Shown piece by piece: positions 7,523-14,872 of a stretch of 31,785 nucleotides of DNA. The translations under genes were made by a program, and so were the position numbers. Source of the DNA: a virus (Duplodnaviria; Caudoviricetes). Each line of letters opens with the position of its first letter. Position 1 is the first letter of the stretch. The stretch lies in the IMG/VR virus record IMGVR_UViG_3300035235_000031, positions 1-31,785 of that record. One strand, 5' to 3'. Under the pieces are notes generated by a model. That model saw only the letters and a list, made by a program, of their open reading frames with translations. It had not been told where the DNA came from and searched no databases.

Positions 7523-7538
7523 ATTAACTGGAGTTAAT
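7523..7538. promoter_or_regulatory. Palindromic box copy 2 (contains SD of 7542 gene)
   Basis: ATTAACTGGAGTTAAT, then ATC-ATG. Confidence 0.85.
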
Positions 7539-7541
7539 ATC

Positions 7542-8081
7542 ATGACTAATATCGACATTAAAGGCGCTGGCGCTATCGTTGCAAAGGCACAATTAGACGC
7601 AGAGAAGAAGCCAGTCGCGGCGATGATCAAGGGACTCGCTGACGTTAAAACGAAAGAGGACGTTGCGGAGTTCATCGGCGGTTATGAAGGCGGGTTAATC
7701 GCTGGCGGTAAATCAGAGGCATCTGTTAAGGTAATGATCAGCCGCGCACGTCGCATCGCTAAGATCTGGACAGCGACCGACAAAAAGCTAAACGATTTCC
7801 ACGGCCTCACATCACCGGCAGACGGTCAGAAACTGGTCAAGGACACCGCCACGGAATCAGGCGGACTCACTGAGCTATACGAGAAGCTCGCACCGAAAGA
7901 GCAAGAGATCACACCCGAGACTGATCAAGGCGCGGAAGATGCTGAAACGGAATCATCATCGGAGCCACTCGCCAGCGAAGCACCGAAGCTGTCGCACTTG
8001 CTCTCTGAGTTCGTTCAAAAGGCCCACGAGAATGGCTATACAAACGACGAGATCAAGGCCATCGTCGCAGAGGCGCTGTAA
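7542..8081 (+). CDS. First early gene, monocistronic; hypothetical 179-aa protein with possible DNA-binding helix
   Basis: Own promoter, GGAG SD and terminator. Contains GKSEASVKVMISRARR, an acidic linker and a small C-terminal helical domain. Confidence 0.85.
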   Translation: MTNIDIKGAGAIVAKAQLDAEKKPVAAMIKGLADVKTKEDVAEFIGGYEGGLIAGGKSEASVKVMISRARRIAKIWTATDKKLNDFHGLTSPADGQKLVKDTATESGGLTELYEKLAPKEQEITPETDQGAEDAETESSSEPLASEAPKLSHLLSEFVQKAHENGYTNDEIKAIVAEAL

Positions 8082-8104
8082 GATCCGCACCAAGGTCCAC
8101 ACTC

Positions 8105-8126
8105 GCCGCCTTCGGGCGGTTTTTTT
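8105..8126 (+). terminator. Rho-independent terminator
   Basis: GCCGCC-TTCG-GGCGGT followed by a T-run; cUUCGg tetraloop. Confidence 0.9.
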
Positions 8127-8158
8127 ACGCCTGCATACTACATGAGAACCGTTCGCAT

Positions 8159-8187
8159 TTGACAATCATTCCTATTTGTGAGACAAT
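8159..8187 (+). promoter_or_regulatory. Sigma-70 early promoter 2
   Basis: TTGACA(8159-8164)-17 bp-GACAAT(8182-8187) with extended -10 TG. Confidence 0.75.
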
Positions 8188-8227
8188 GTTCTAAGTGTGG
8201 TGAGGTGTGGTGTCACACGTTAACTAA

Positions 8228-8243
8228 ATTAACTGGAGTTAAT
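8228..8243. promoter_or_regulatory. Palindromic box copy 3 (contains SD of 8247 gene)
   Basis: ATTAACTGGAGTTAAT. The 24 nt AATTAACTGGAGTTAATATCATGA are identical to 7522-7545. Confidence 0.85.
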
Positions 8244-8246
8244 ATC

Positions 8247-8579
8247 ATGATGATTCAATACTTTGATAAACAAGCCGACCGTGAGTGGCTGGGTATAGTC
8301 CCTGAGTTCTTCGGTCGTGGTGTTGTAGCGGCAAGGACTGAAGGTGGTGGCATTGCTACCGTCGCCGATGAGATGAACGCCTCGTATGGTATGGGTGGAT
8401 TCGCTGATCACTGGCAGGGTGACATCGATGATGGTGGTGTGTATCACGCGCCGGAAGATGAACCGCTTGAGCCATTCGCTCGTGTTGACTTCAATGGGTG
8501 GACGATGTGGGCTTATCCTTATTCTATCTTCGGCATCAAGGACAGCGTAGGCAATCAACGAGTAGGGAGGTTTGACTAG
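8247..8579 (+). CDS. Hypothetical early protein (110 aa)
   Basis: Start moved from track 8178 to ATG 8247, behind the GGAG in the box. Confidence 0.75.
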   Translation: MMIQYFDKQADREWLGIVPEFFGRGVVAARTEGGGIATVADEMNASYGMGGFADHWQGDIDDGGVYHAPEDEPLEPFARVDFNGWTMWAYPYSIFGIKDSVGNQRVGRFD

Positions 8580-8761
8580 TGATTCCGTTGACTAAGAACC
8601 AGCAACAAGCGTTGCTACGTAAGTGGAGGCTGGACAATCAGGGTGTGACGTACCGTGAGTTCCGTCGTGGTGTTGAACCGTTGATGTGTGACCCAGCCGT
8701 GGTGATTAGGTGGTGTGGTATGTGGTTATGCATTGAACCTGATGGTCGTGTTAATACATAG
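8579..8761 (+). CDS. Hypothetical early protein (60 aa; WCGMWLCIEPDG)
   Basis: GGGAGG SD; GTG start overlaps the previous stop. Confidence 0.7.
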   Translation: MIPLTKNQQQALLRKWRLDNQGVTYREFRRGVEPLMCDPAVVIRWCGMWLCIEPDGRVNT

Positions 8762-8769
8762 GAGGTTGT

Positions 8770-8931
8770 ATGTCTATGGTCTTTGAGTGTGCTGTCTGTG
8801 ATGAGTGGTTCCGCAGTGAGAAGGATGTGTACCAAGAGGACAACGGTGATTGTATCTGTGTGTCGTGTTGGGAAGATAACGTGGAAGAGCTAGAGGAGAA
8901 GTACTATGGGAGAAGTAGTAGATCTGTTTAG
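8770..8931 (+). CDS. 53-aa acidic CxxC...CxxC zinc-finger peptide; not in ORF track
   Basis: AGGAGG SD at 8760-8765. MSMVFECAVCDEWFRSEKDVYQEDNGDCICVSCWEDNVEELEEKYYGRSSRSV*. Confidence 0.75.
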   Translation: MSMVFECAVCDEWFRSEKDVYQEDNGDCICVSCWEDNVEELEEKYYGRSSRSV

Positions 8932-9133
8932 TAAAACTAAAGTGTCATCTACCTGTCTGCTGTGTAGAACTAAGCACAGCCGTCTAGTTGACACCGATTC
9001 GTGGGGTTGGTACCTTTGTACAGGTAAGTTGGTGCAGGATGTCTTTCCTAATGAGGACGTAAGCACTAGAGAAATACTTATAGGTAATCGTACTGGTGCC
9101 TATATGTGTGATGATTGTTGCATGGAGGAGTAG
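8906..9133 (+). CDS. 75-aa Cys-rich (CxxC...CxxC) hypothetical protein
   Basis: GAGGAG SD; CLLC ... CDDC. Confidence 0.75.
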   Translation: MGEVVDLFSKTKVSSTCLLCRTKHSRLVDTDSWGWYLCTGKLVQDVFPNEDVSTREILIGNRTGAYMCDDCCMEE

Positions 9134-9135
9134 TT

Positions 9136-9462
9136 ATGCATTTTACAGAGAACAGAGTGGCGCAGTACTTTATTGACGCAGTGTTACGTGACTCAGACAA
9201 GAGCATCACTGTATGTGGTGAGGGTGAGCACGCTGATGTTGAGAAGTCTCGTGAGCACTTCACGGTGTTAGACAACATGGGTGAGTGTGACTTCGATGAC
9301 GTGGGTGTGTGGAGCGATGATCGTGACGATTACGTGGCGTGGTTCCAGTTTGTGTATGGCAACGTCACCAGTACCAGTGAAGCAATAGAAGTAATCAACG
9401 ACTATACTGCAAATGAGTATGGTGATAATATTATTAAACGAGTGGAGTGGTGTACAGAATGA
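9136..9462 (+). CDS. Acidic hypothetical early protein (108 aa)
   Basis: GGAGGAG SD before ATG 9136. Confidence 0.75.
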   Translation: MHFTENRVAQYFIDAVLRDSDKSITVCGEGEHADVEKSREHFTVLDNMGECDFDDVGVWSDDRDDYVAWFQFVYGNVTSTSEAIEVINDYTANEYGDNIIKRVEWCTE

Positions 9463-9839
9463 GTGACTTACTAACAAGCAGGGAAGATCTCGAAGAGTTA
9501 CGCGATCAGCTAAGTAAGATGCGTAGCTTTATCGAGTACGACATTTACAACCATCCGAAGGGTGATTTGTTTGAGGAGCTGGATCTACTACTCAAGGACA
9601 CAGTGTTACAGCTTGACAAGATGGACAAAGAGTTAGTGCACATTTATGCATTCGATGTGACCGTTACTGTTACACGTAGGCAGTATGTTAAGAGCAGTGA
9701 TGAGGATCTAGCAGAGCAAGCTGCAATCGATAATGCTCTGAGTGAGTTGGATTGTACTATCGACTGGGACGAGGATGACGTGGTGTGTTATCGTCGCGAA
9801 GATGAAGAGACCACTACGGTCTATGATGTGGAGGTGTAA
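9459..9839 (+). CDS. Acidic hypothetical early protein (126 aa)
   Basis: ATGA overlap with previous stop; GGAG upstream. Confidence 0.75.
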   Translation: MSDLLTSREDLEELRDQLSKMRSFIEYDIYNHPKGDLFEELDLLLKDTVLQLDKMDKELVHIYAFDVTVTVTRRQYVKSSDEDLAEQAAIDNALSELDCTIDWDEDDVVCYRREDEETTTVYDVEV

Positions 9840-9842
9840 TGT

Positions 9843-10034
9843 ATGGCTATGGATACTTGGTTTATTGTGCAGAGGTTTAACCGTAAGACGTGGGAGTGGG
9901 AGGAGAGAGACGATGATGGGTCGTCTTGGAATTCTACTCTTAGTAATGCAAAGTACTTCTGTGATAGGCACATAGCAGACGGCGAAGAATGCCGTGTCGT
10001 TAAAGAGGAGGTGGTCTATGCACCCGATGCCTAG
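9843..10034 (+). CDS. Hypothetical early protein (63 aa)
   Basis: GGAGGT SD; tight packing with neighbours. Confidence 0.7.
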   Translation: MAMDTWFIVQRFNRKTWEWEERDDDGSSWNSTLSNAKYFCDRHIADGEECRVVKEEVVYAPDA

Positions 10035-10614
10035 CATAAGTAAGATGTCAGGTAAGCTAGAGGGTATACAAGCAATCAACACCAACACAGTTACCAATCC
10101 ATTCTGTATGCAGGAGTCTAACAAGACTGATGCAAGCAAGATTTGTACCAAGTGTTACAGTGTTAGTATGCTTTCTAGTTATAGGAAGAACTGCCAGCCA
10201 TCCTTCCAGAGGAATAGTGACATCCTTGCGAGTGATGCTGAGTTCGTGTTGCCTCGTACGTCCGGTGCATTCGTGCGGTTTCATGGGCATGGTGAGCTGA
10301 TAAATGAGCAGCACTTCCGTAATTTATGTGCGATAGCGGAGGACAACAAGCACTCTACCTTTGCGTTGTGGACTAAGCGTGTGAATCTAGTGCGTCCGAA
10401 TCTGCATCTAGTACCTAGTAATATGCTTCTTGTTTATAGTAATCCTAAGATAGATAACGTACTGTCATCTCCACCGCGTGGGTTCGACCGTGTATTCAAC
10501 AACGTGTCGGAGTCGTATGACGGCGAGGCTAACTGTACTGGACAGAAGTGTATGGATTGTTTATTATGTTATAAGCGTGAGACGACAGACGTTATTGTCG
10601 AGCATGTAAAGTAA
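10027..10614 (+). CDS. GP88-like Cys-rich protein (possible Fe-S/radical-SAM-like fold)
   Basis: SKMSGKL..C..CxxCY, RFHGHGE (cf. RxHxxGD), FALWTKR and C-terminal CxxxxCxxCxxCY patterns resemble phage 'gene product 88'. GGAGG SD. Confidence 0.6.
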   Translation: MPSISKMSGKLEGIQAINTNTVTNPFCMQESNKTDASKICTKCYSVSMLSSYRKNCQPSFQRNSDILASDAEFVLPRTSGAFVRFHGHGELINEQHFRNLCAIAEDNKHSTFALWTKRVNLVRPNLHLVPSNMLLVYSNPKIDNVLSSPPRGFDRVFNNVSESYDGEANCTGQKCMDCLLCYKRETTDVIVEHVK

Positions 10615-10641
10615 TGTGTCTGGGTATTGGGGGAGGTTTCT

Positions 10642-10794
10642 ATGGGACGTGAGACTTGGGAAGTGTGGCACGATGAGTACCAAGAGTACTGGGATCAAGA
10701 CAGTGACCGGTGTAAGTGGGACTATGCAGATGAGTACCACGAGGATGAGATAGGTAAGTACAAGGAGGAAAGAGATAGTGAAGAAGCGGGGTAA
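10642..10794 (+). CDS. 50-aa highly acidic, aromatic-rich peptide; not in ORF track
   Basis: GGGAGG SD. MGRETWEVWHDEYQEYWDQDSDRCKWDYADEYHEDEIGKYKEERDSEEAG*. Confidence 0.7.
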   Translation: MGRETWEVWHDEYQEYWDQDSDRCKWDYADEYHEDEIGKYKEERDSEEAG

Positions 10795-10993
10795 CTACCT
10801 TGACTACCACATGACGCATCAGGAAATCGCTGATGAGTTGGGTGTTAGTAGGACAACGGTACGTGCAATAGAATACAGTGCGTTGCAAAAGCTCAAGCGT
10901 TCTGGTAAGTTGCGTACTTTCTTGGAGCATATCAACGATGATAGGGAGGATTATTATGGGGAGAGATACACAGCGGTACGTCAGAAATCATAA
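10778..10993 (+). CDS. Stand-alone sigma-70 region 4 HTH protein
   Basis: MTHQEIADELGVSRTTVRAIEYSALQKLKR matches the sigma70 r4 pattern TxxEIAxxLGVSRxxVRxIExxALxKL. AGGAGG SD. Confidence 0.85.
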   Translation: MKKRGNYLDYHMTHQEIADELGVSRTTVRAIEYSALQKLKRSGKLRTFLEHINDDREDYYGERYTAVRQKS

Positions 10994-11075
10994 GCCGCGT
11001 TGTAAATCAAGTGTTAAAAGTCACAAGAAGAGTGCCGCCAAAAAGAAGCGTGGTGTGGTATACTCTTCTATATAG
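10956..11075 (+). CDS. 39-aa basic peptide
   Basis: GGGAGG SD before ATG 10956. MGRDTQRYVRNHKPRCKSSVKSHKKSAAKKKRGVVYSSI. Confidence 0.5.
   Translation: MGRDTQRYVRNHKPRCKSSVKSHKKSAAKKKRGVVYSSI
11056..11064 (+). promoter_or_regulatory. Extended -10 promoter (TGnTATACT) for the replication operon
   Basis: TGTGGTATACT parallels TGTGGTATAAT at 14850-14860 and 1675-1665. No clear -35. Confidence 0.55.
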
Positions 11076-11141
11076 ACTACATAGTAAGTACTATGCATTA
11101 GTACTAAGTATTAATAATACATATTACTTATAGGAGGTGAT

Positions 11142-11327
11142 ATGAAAACAGAAGACAGGCAACGTATGGTCGAGGAGTTAACTGATGACCACATGTACAG
11201 TGTTAATTACATGGAGGCGATGAATACTCTTTTTAATCTTTTTGCAATGGAGTTTGATTCGTTAAACGATGATGAGTTAGAGTCTCGTTATCTTTCTCGT
11301 TTCGGTACTAGCATGGAGGTGCACTGA
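11142..11327 (+). CDS. Hypothetical protein (61 aa)
   Basis: AGGAGGT SD; stop overlaps the primase start. Confidence 0.8.
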   Translation: MKTEDRQRMVEELTDDHMYSVNYMEAMNTLFNLFAMEFDSLNDDELESRYLSRFGTSMEVH

Positions 11328-12913
11328 TGGCTTTTACTGAGTTGCACCAGAAGTGTAATGATTGTGGTTCTAGTGATGCATTGTCCTACAATGAGGATGG
11401 ATCTAGTTATTGTTTCGCATGTGCCACGTTTACCCCATCGTCAGACGGCGCAGGAGGCTCTGTGAGCGACATTAACGACTATCGAGTACCAACCCCAAGG
11501 GTTCCTGTAATGGAGCTTAAAGGGGCACACAGGAGCTTACAGGACAGGGGTCTTGATGCACGTACAATGGAGAAGTACTCCACTACGTTGTTAGGTGACG
11601 ACGTACGCTTCGGGTACTACACCCCCGATGGTGAATTAACTGCGGTTAAAAAACGTACACCTGACAAGCAGTTCAAGATCGAAGGTGACTGGAAGAAGGC
11701 TGGACTGTTCGGTCAACACCTGTTCCCTTCGGGTGGTCAGTACATAACCGTAGTGGAAGGTGAGATGGATGCACTGTCTGCGTATCAGATGTTCGGTGAC
11801 AAGTATCCAGTAGTCTCTATTCGTAATGGTGCACAGGGTGCGGCGGCGGATTGTCGCAGGGCATACGAGTTCCTCGATAAGTTTGACAACATCATCTTCT
11901 GCTATGACAACGATGAGCATGGAAAGAAAGCGGCGCATGAGTGTGCCGATCTGTTTGGTGGTAAGGCAAAGATCTACCAGCACGGTGAGCATAAGGATGC
12001 ATCGGACTACCTGATGAACGCCGACAAGGATGACTTCATCAAGCGGTGGTGGCACGCCAAGGTGTATACCCCTGACGGTATGGTGATGATAGGGTCACTC
12101 CGTGAGGCGATGAAGAAGCCACTGATTGAGGCAGAGGTACGCTACCCCTACAAGGGACTGGATGACATGACGTTTGGTGTCAGACCTACTGAGCTAGTGA
12201 CGATCTGTTCTGGGTCTGGCTTAGGTAAGTCAACCTTCATGCGTGAGTTAGTGTTCTCCATTGCATCACAGACTAACGAGAGGATAGGTCTAGCCTTTCT
12301 TGAGGAGACACCAGACCGTACTGCCCGTGGACTAGTGGGTCTACAGATCAACAAACCAATACACCTGCCCGGATGTGACTACACCCCTGATGAGGTAGAG
12401 TACGTATTCAATTCGTTGGATCTGGATGACCGTGTTGTGCTGTGGGATTCGTTTGGTTCTAATCAGATCGAGAACATACTGGCTAGGTTCCGCTACCAAG
12501 TTAAGGTGCTTGGTGTTAGGTATATCATCCTCGATCACATATCCATTCTGGTATCAGATCAAGCCAATGGTGATGAACGTAAAGCCATTGATGAGATCAT
12601 GACCAAGCTACGTATGTTCTGTCAGGAGATGGAGATATGTATGTTTGTTGTTAGTCACCTACGCAGACCAGAAGGAAAAGGACATGAGGATGGAGCAGTT
12701 ACTAGTCTGGGTCAGCTTCGTGGCAGTGCTTCAATTGCTCAGTTGTCTGATATTGTTCTTGGACTAGAGCGTAATGCACAAGCAGAAGATCAGATGGTAC
12801 GGAACACAACAAGCATCAGGGTACTTAAGAACAGGTTCAGTGGTATGACTGGACCAGCGTGTTCGTTGCTATATAATAAAGACACAGGCAGACTAACGGA
12901 GATGATGGAGTGA
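11327..12913 (+). CDS. T7 gp4-like DNA primase/helicase
   Basis: N-terminal Zn finger CxxC..CFAC, TOPRIM VEGEMDA and DND, Walker A GSGLGKS, ILDHI, SHLRR, LRGSASI, KNRF. Confidence 0.97.
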   Translation: MAFTELHQKCNDCGSSDALSYNEDGSSYCFACATFTPSSDGAGGSVSDINDYRVPTPRVPVMELKGAHRSLQDRGLDARTMEKYSTTLLGDDVRFGYYTPDGELTAVKKRTPDKQFKIEGDWKKAGLFGQHLFPSGGQYITVVEGEMDALSAYQMFGDKYPVVSIRNGAQGAAADCRRAYEFLDKFDNIIFCYDNDEHGKKAAHECADLFGGKAKIYQHGEHKDASDYLMNADKDDFIKRWWHAKVYTPDGMVMIGSLREAMKKPLIEAEVRYPYKGLDDMTFGVRPTELVTICSGSGLGKSTFMRELVFSIASQTNERIGLAFLEETPDRTARGLVGLQINKPIHLPGCDYTPDEVEYVFNSLDLDDRVVLWDSFGSNQIENILARFRYQVKVLGVRYIILDHISILVSDQANGDERKAIDEIMTKLRMFCQEMEICMFVVSHLRRPEGKGHEDGAVTSLGQLRGSASIAQLSDIVLGLERNAQAEDQMVRNTTSIRVLKNRFSGMTGPACSLLYNKDTGRLTEMME

Positions 12914-13152
12914 GATGTATTGCATGTAACAAGCTACTTAACGAGTACGAGATGACACGTAAGTTCACTGACTCAAAAGAGTTTGTTGACTTATGCGGTA
13001 CTTGTAGTAAATTCTTAATTGAAGATGACGTTATCATTGAAGGTAACTTAGACTATGCACATTTATCAGACATAGAGGAGTCTTATGATGTCGAAGATGG
13101 GGAACTGGATAGTTACTCAGGAACAGAATATGGAGATGAAGAGTTATGGTAG
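12910..13152 (+). CDS. 80-aa zinc-finger protein with acidic tail
   Basis: MRCIACNKLL...DLCGTC; GTGA overlap with the helicase stop. Confidence 0.75.
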   Translation: MRCIACNKLLNEYEMTRKFTDSKEFVDLCGTCSKFLIEDDVIIEGNLDYAHLSDIEESYDVEDGELDSYSGTEYGDEELW

Positions 13153-13297
13153 AGAAATTACAGAGCAAGAAGACTTGGACATTGCCTACTACGAATATAG
13201 TGTTCTTGGATATAGAAACGGATGGTCTCCAGCCATCGGTAATACACTGTGTTGTGACAAAGAGGCCAAACGAGGATCACTGTCTCCATACCTGTAG
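13085..13297 (+). CDS. Possible overlapping ~70-aa protein (MSKMGNW...)
   Basis: Strong GAGGAG SD at 13075-13080, but overlaps both neighbours. Confidence 0.4.
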   Translation: MMSKMGNWIVTQEQNMEMKSYGREITEQEDLDIAYYEYSVLGYRNGWSPAIGNTLCCDKEAKRGSLSPYL

Positions 13298-14834
13298 GGA
13301 GTCACTGTTCGAGGAACTGGCTAGGGGTGGTCACGTATGTGGTCACAACTACATAGGCTTTGACGGACCTGTACTGAAGAAGCTATGGGACATTGAGATA
13401 CATCCTGAGCGTGTTGTTGATACGTTGGTTATGTCTAGGCTGTTCCATCCTGATGTACAGGGAGGTCACAGTCTCGCTACGTGGGGAGAGAAGTTACGTC
13501 TACCCAAGGGTGACCACGATGACTGGACTCAGTTGTCTGAAGAGATGATTAAGTACTGTATGCGTGACGTGTCAGTGACTGAGAAGTTGTATGAGATGTT
13601 GTGCCTTCAGTTACAGATGTTCGACTTCTCTGACACAAGTGTCTACCTTGAACACGCTGTCGCACACATATGCAAGGACCAAGAAGAGAATGGCTTTGGG
13701 TTCAATGCTTCTGATGCAAAGCAATTAGAACGACAGCTAGAGACTAAGATGCTAAGTATTGAAGCAGCATTGCAGAATATATTCCCACCCATAGCTGAAG
13801 AGCAGAGGTATCACAAGACATCAGGTAAGCCATTGCCTGTCAGATACACTCACTTCAACGTAGGGTCTAGGCAACAGATAGCTGAGAGGCTAGAGAAGAA
13901 AGGTGCAGTATGGAAAGAGAAGACACCATCAGGTAAACCAAAGGTGGATGAATCTACTCTTAAGAAGAACCTACACGTACCTGAATCAAAGACGGTACTG
14001 GAGTATCTACTCCTACAGAAGCGACACTCTCAAGTATTGTCGTGGATCAAGGCAGAAAACAAAGGAAGGATATATGGAAGAGTCAAACACATCGGGGCTG
14101 TTACAGGACGCATGGCGCATTCTAGTCCTAATCTGGCGCAAGTTCCTGCTGTTTATGCAGAGTACGGTAGCGATTGCCGCAAGCTTTTTATTGTTCCTCC
14201 TGACCGTGTTCTCGTTGGGGCTGACGCATCTGGTCTGGAACTTAGGATGCTGGCTCACTACATGGATAGCGAGGGTTACACGAAAGAAATCCTAGAAGGA
14301 GATATACACACAGCTAATCAAGAAGCGGCTGGACTAAAGACTAGGGCGCAAGCTAAGACATTCATCTACGCATTCCTATACGGTGCAGGTAATGCAAAGA
14401 TAGGATCTGTCGTAGGGGGTAATGCACAGCTTGGTGCCAAACTAAAAGAAAGATTCTTAAGTAACGTACCTTCTCTCGCACTACTAAGAGAGAAAGTAAT
14501 AACGCAAGCAGACTCTGGGTTTCTTGACGGCCTAGATGGTAGACGACTACGTGTCCGTTCTGCCCATGCCGCGTTAAACACATTACTGCAAGGAGCTGGT
14601 GCTATTGTAATGAAACAGGCAGTGATACACCTGTATGAATTACTTGAGCATGTAGACTTCAAGCTAGTAGCGCAAGTCCACGATGAGTGGCAAATAGAGT
14701 GTCATCCTGAAGATGCTGAGTACGTAGGTAAGTCTGCGGTACAGGCTATCATTCAAGCTGGCGAAACCTTTAACCTTAACTGCCCACTAGATGGTGAGTA
14801 TCGTATTGGTAGTAATTGGGCCGAAACGCATTAG
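13146..14834 (+). CDS. Family A DNA polymerase with 3'-5' exonuclease (T7 gp5-like)
   Basis: ExoI DIET, ExoII HNxxxFD, ExoIII YCxxD, motif A DASGLELR, motif B RxxAKTFIYAFLYG, motif C VHDE. Confidence 0.97.
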   Translation: MVEKLQSKKTWTLPTTNIVFLDIETDGLQPSVIHCVVTKRPNEDHCLHTCRESLFEELARGGHVCGHNYIGFDGPVLKKLWDIEIHPERVVDTLVMSRLFHPDVQGGHSLATWGEKLRLPKGDHDDWTQLSEEMIKYCMRDVSVTEKLYEMLCLQLQMFDFSDTSVYLEHAVAHICKDQEENGFGFNASDAKQLERQLETKMLSIEAALQNIFPPIAEEQRYHKTSGKPLPVRYTHFNVGSRQQIAERLEKKGAVWKEKTPSGKPKVDESTLKKNLHVPESKTVLEYLLLQKRHSQVLSWIKAENKGRIYGRVKHIGAVTGRMAHSSPNLAQVPAVYAEYGSDCRKLFIVPPDRVLVGADASGLELRMLAHYMDSEGYTKEILEGDIHTANQEAAGLKTRAQAKTFIYAFLYGAGNAKIGSVVGGNAQLGAKLKERFLSNVPSLALLREKVITQADSGFLDGLDGRRLRVRSAHAALNTLLQGAGAIVMKQAVIHLYELLEHVDFKLVAQVHDEWQIECHPEDAEYVGKSAVQAIIQAGETFNLNCPLDGEYRIGSNWAETH

Positions 14835-14860
14835 CACAATCTGCAAAAGTGTGGTATAAT
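14831..14860 (+). promoter_or_regulatory. Sigma-70 extended -10 promoter for the SSB/nuclease/RNR operon
   Basis: TTAGCA-18 bp-TATAAT(14855-14860) with TG. The 18 nt AAAAGTGTGGTATAATAT are identical to the promoter at 1680-1663. Confidence 0.8.
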
Positions 14861-14872
14861 ATTACTTGTAAA

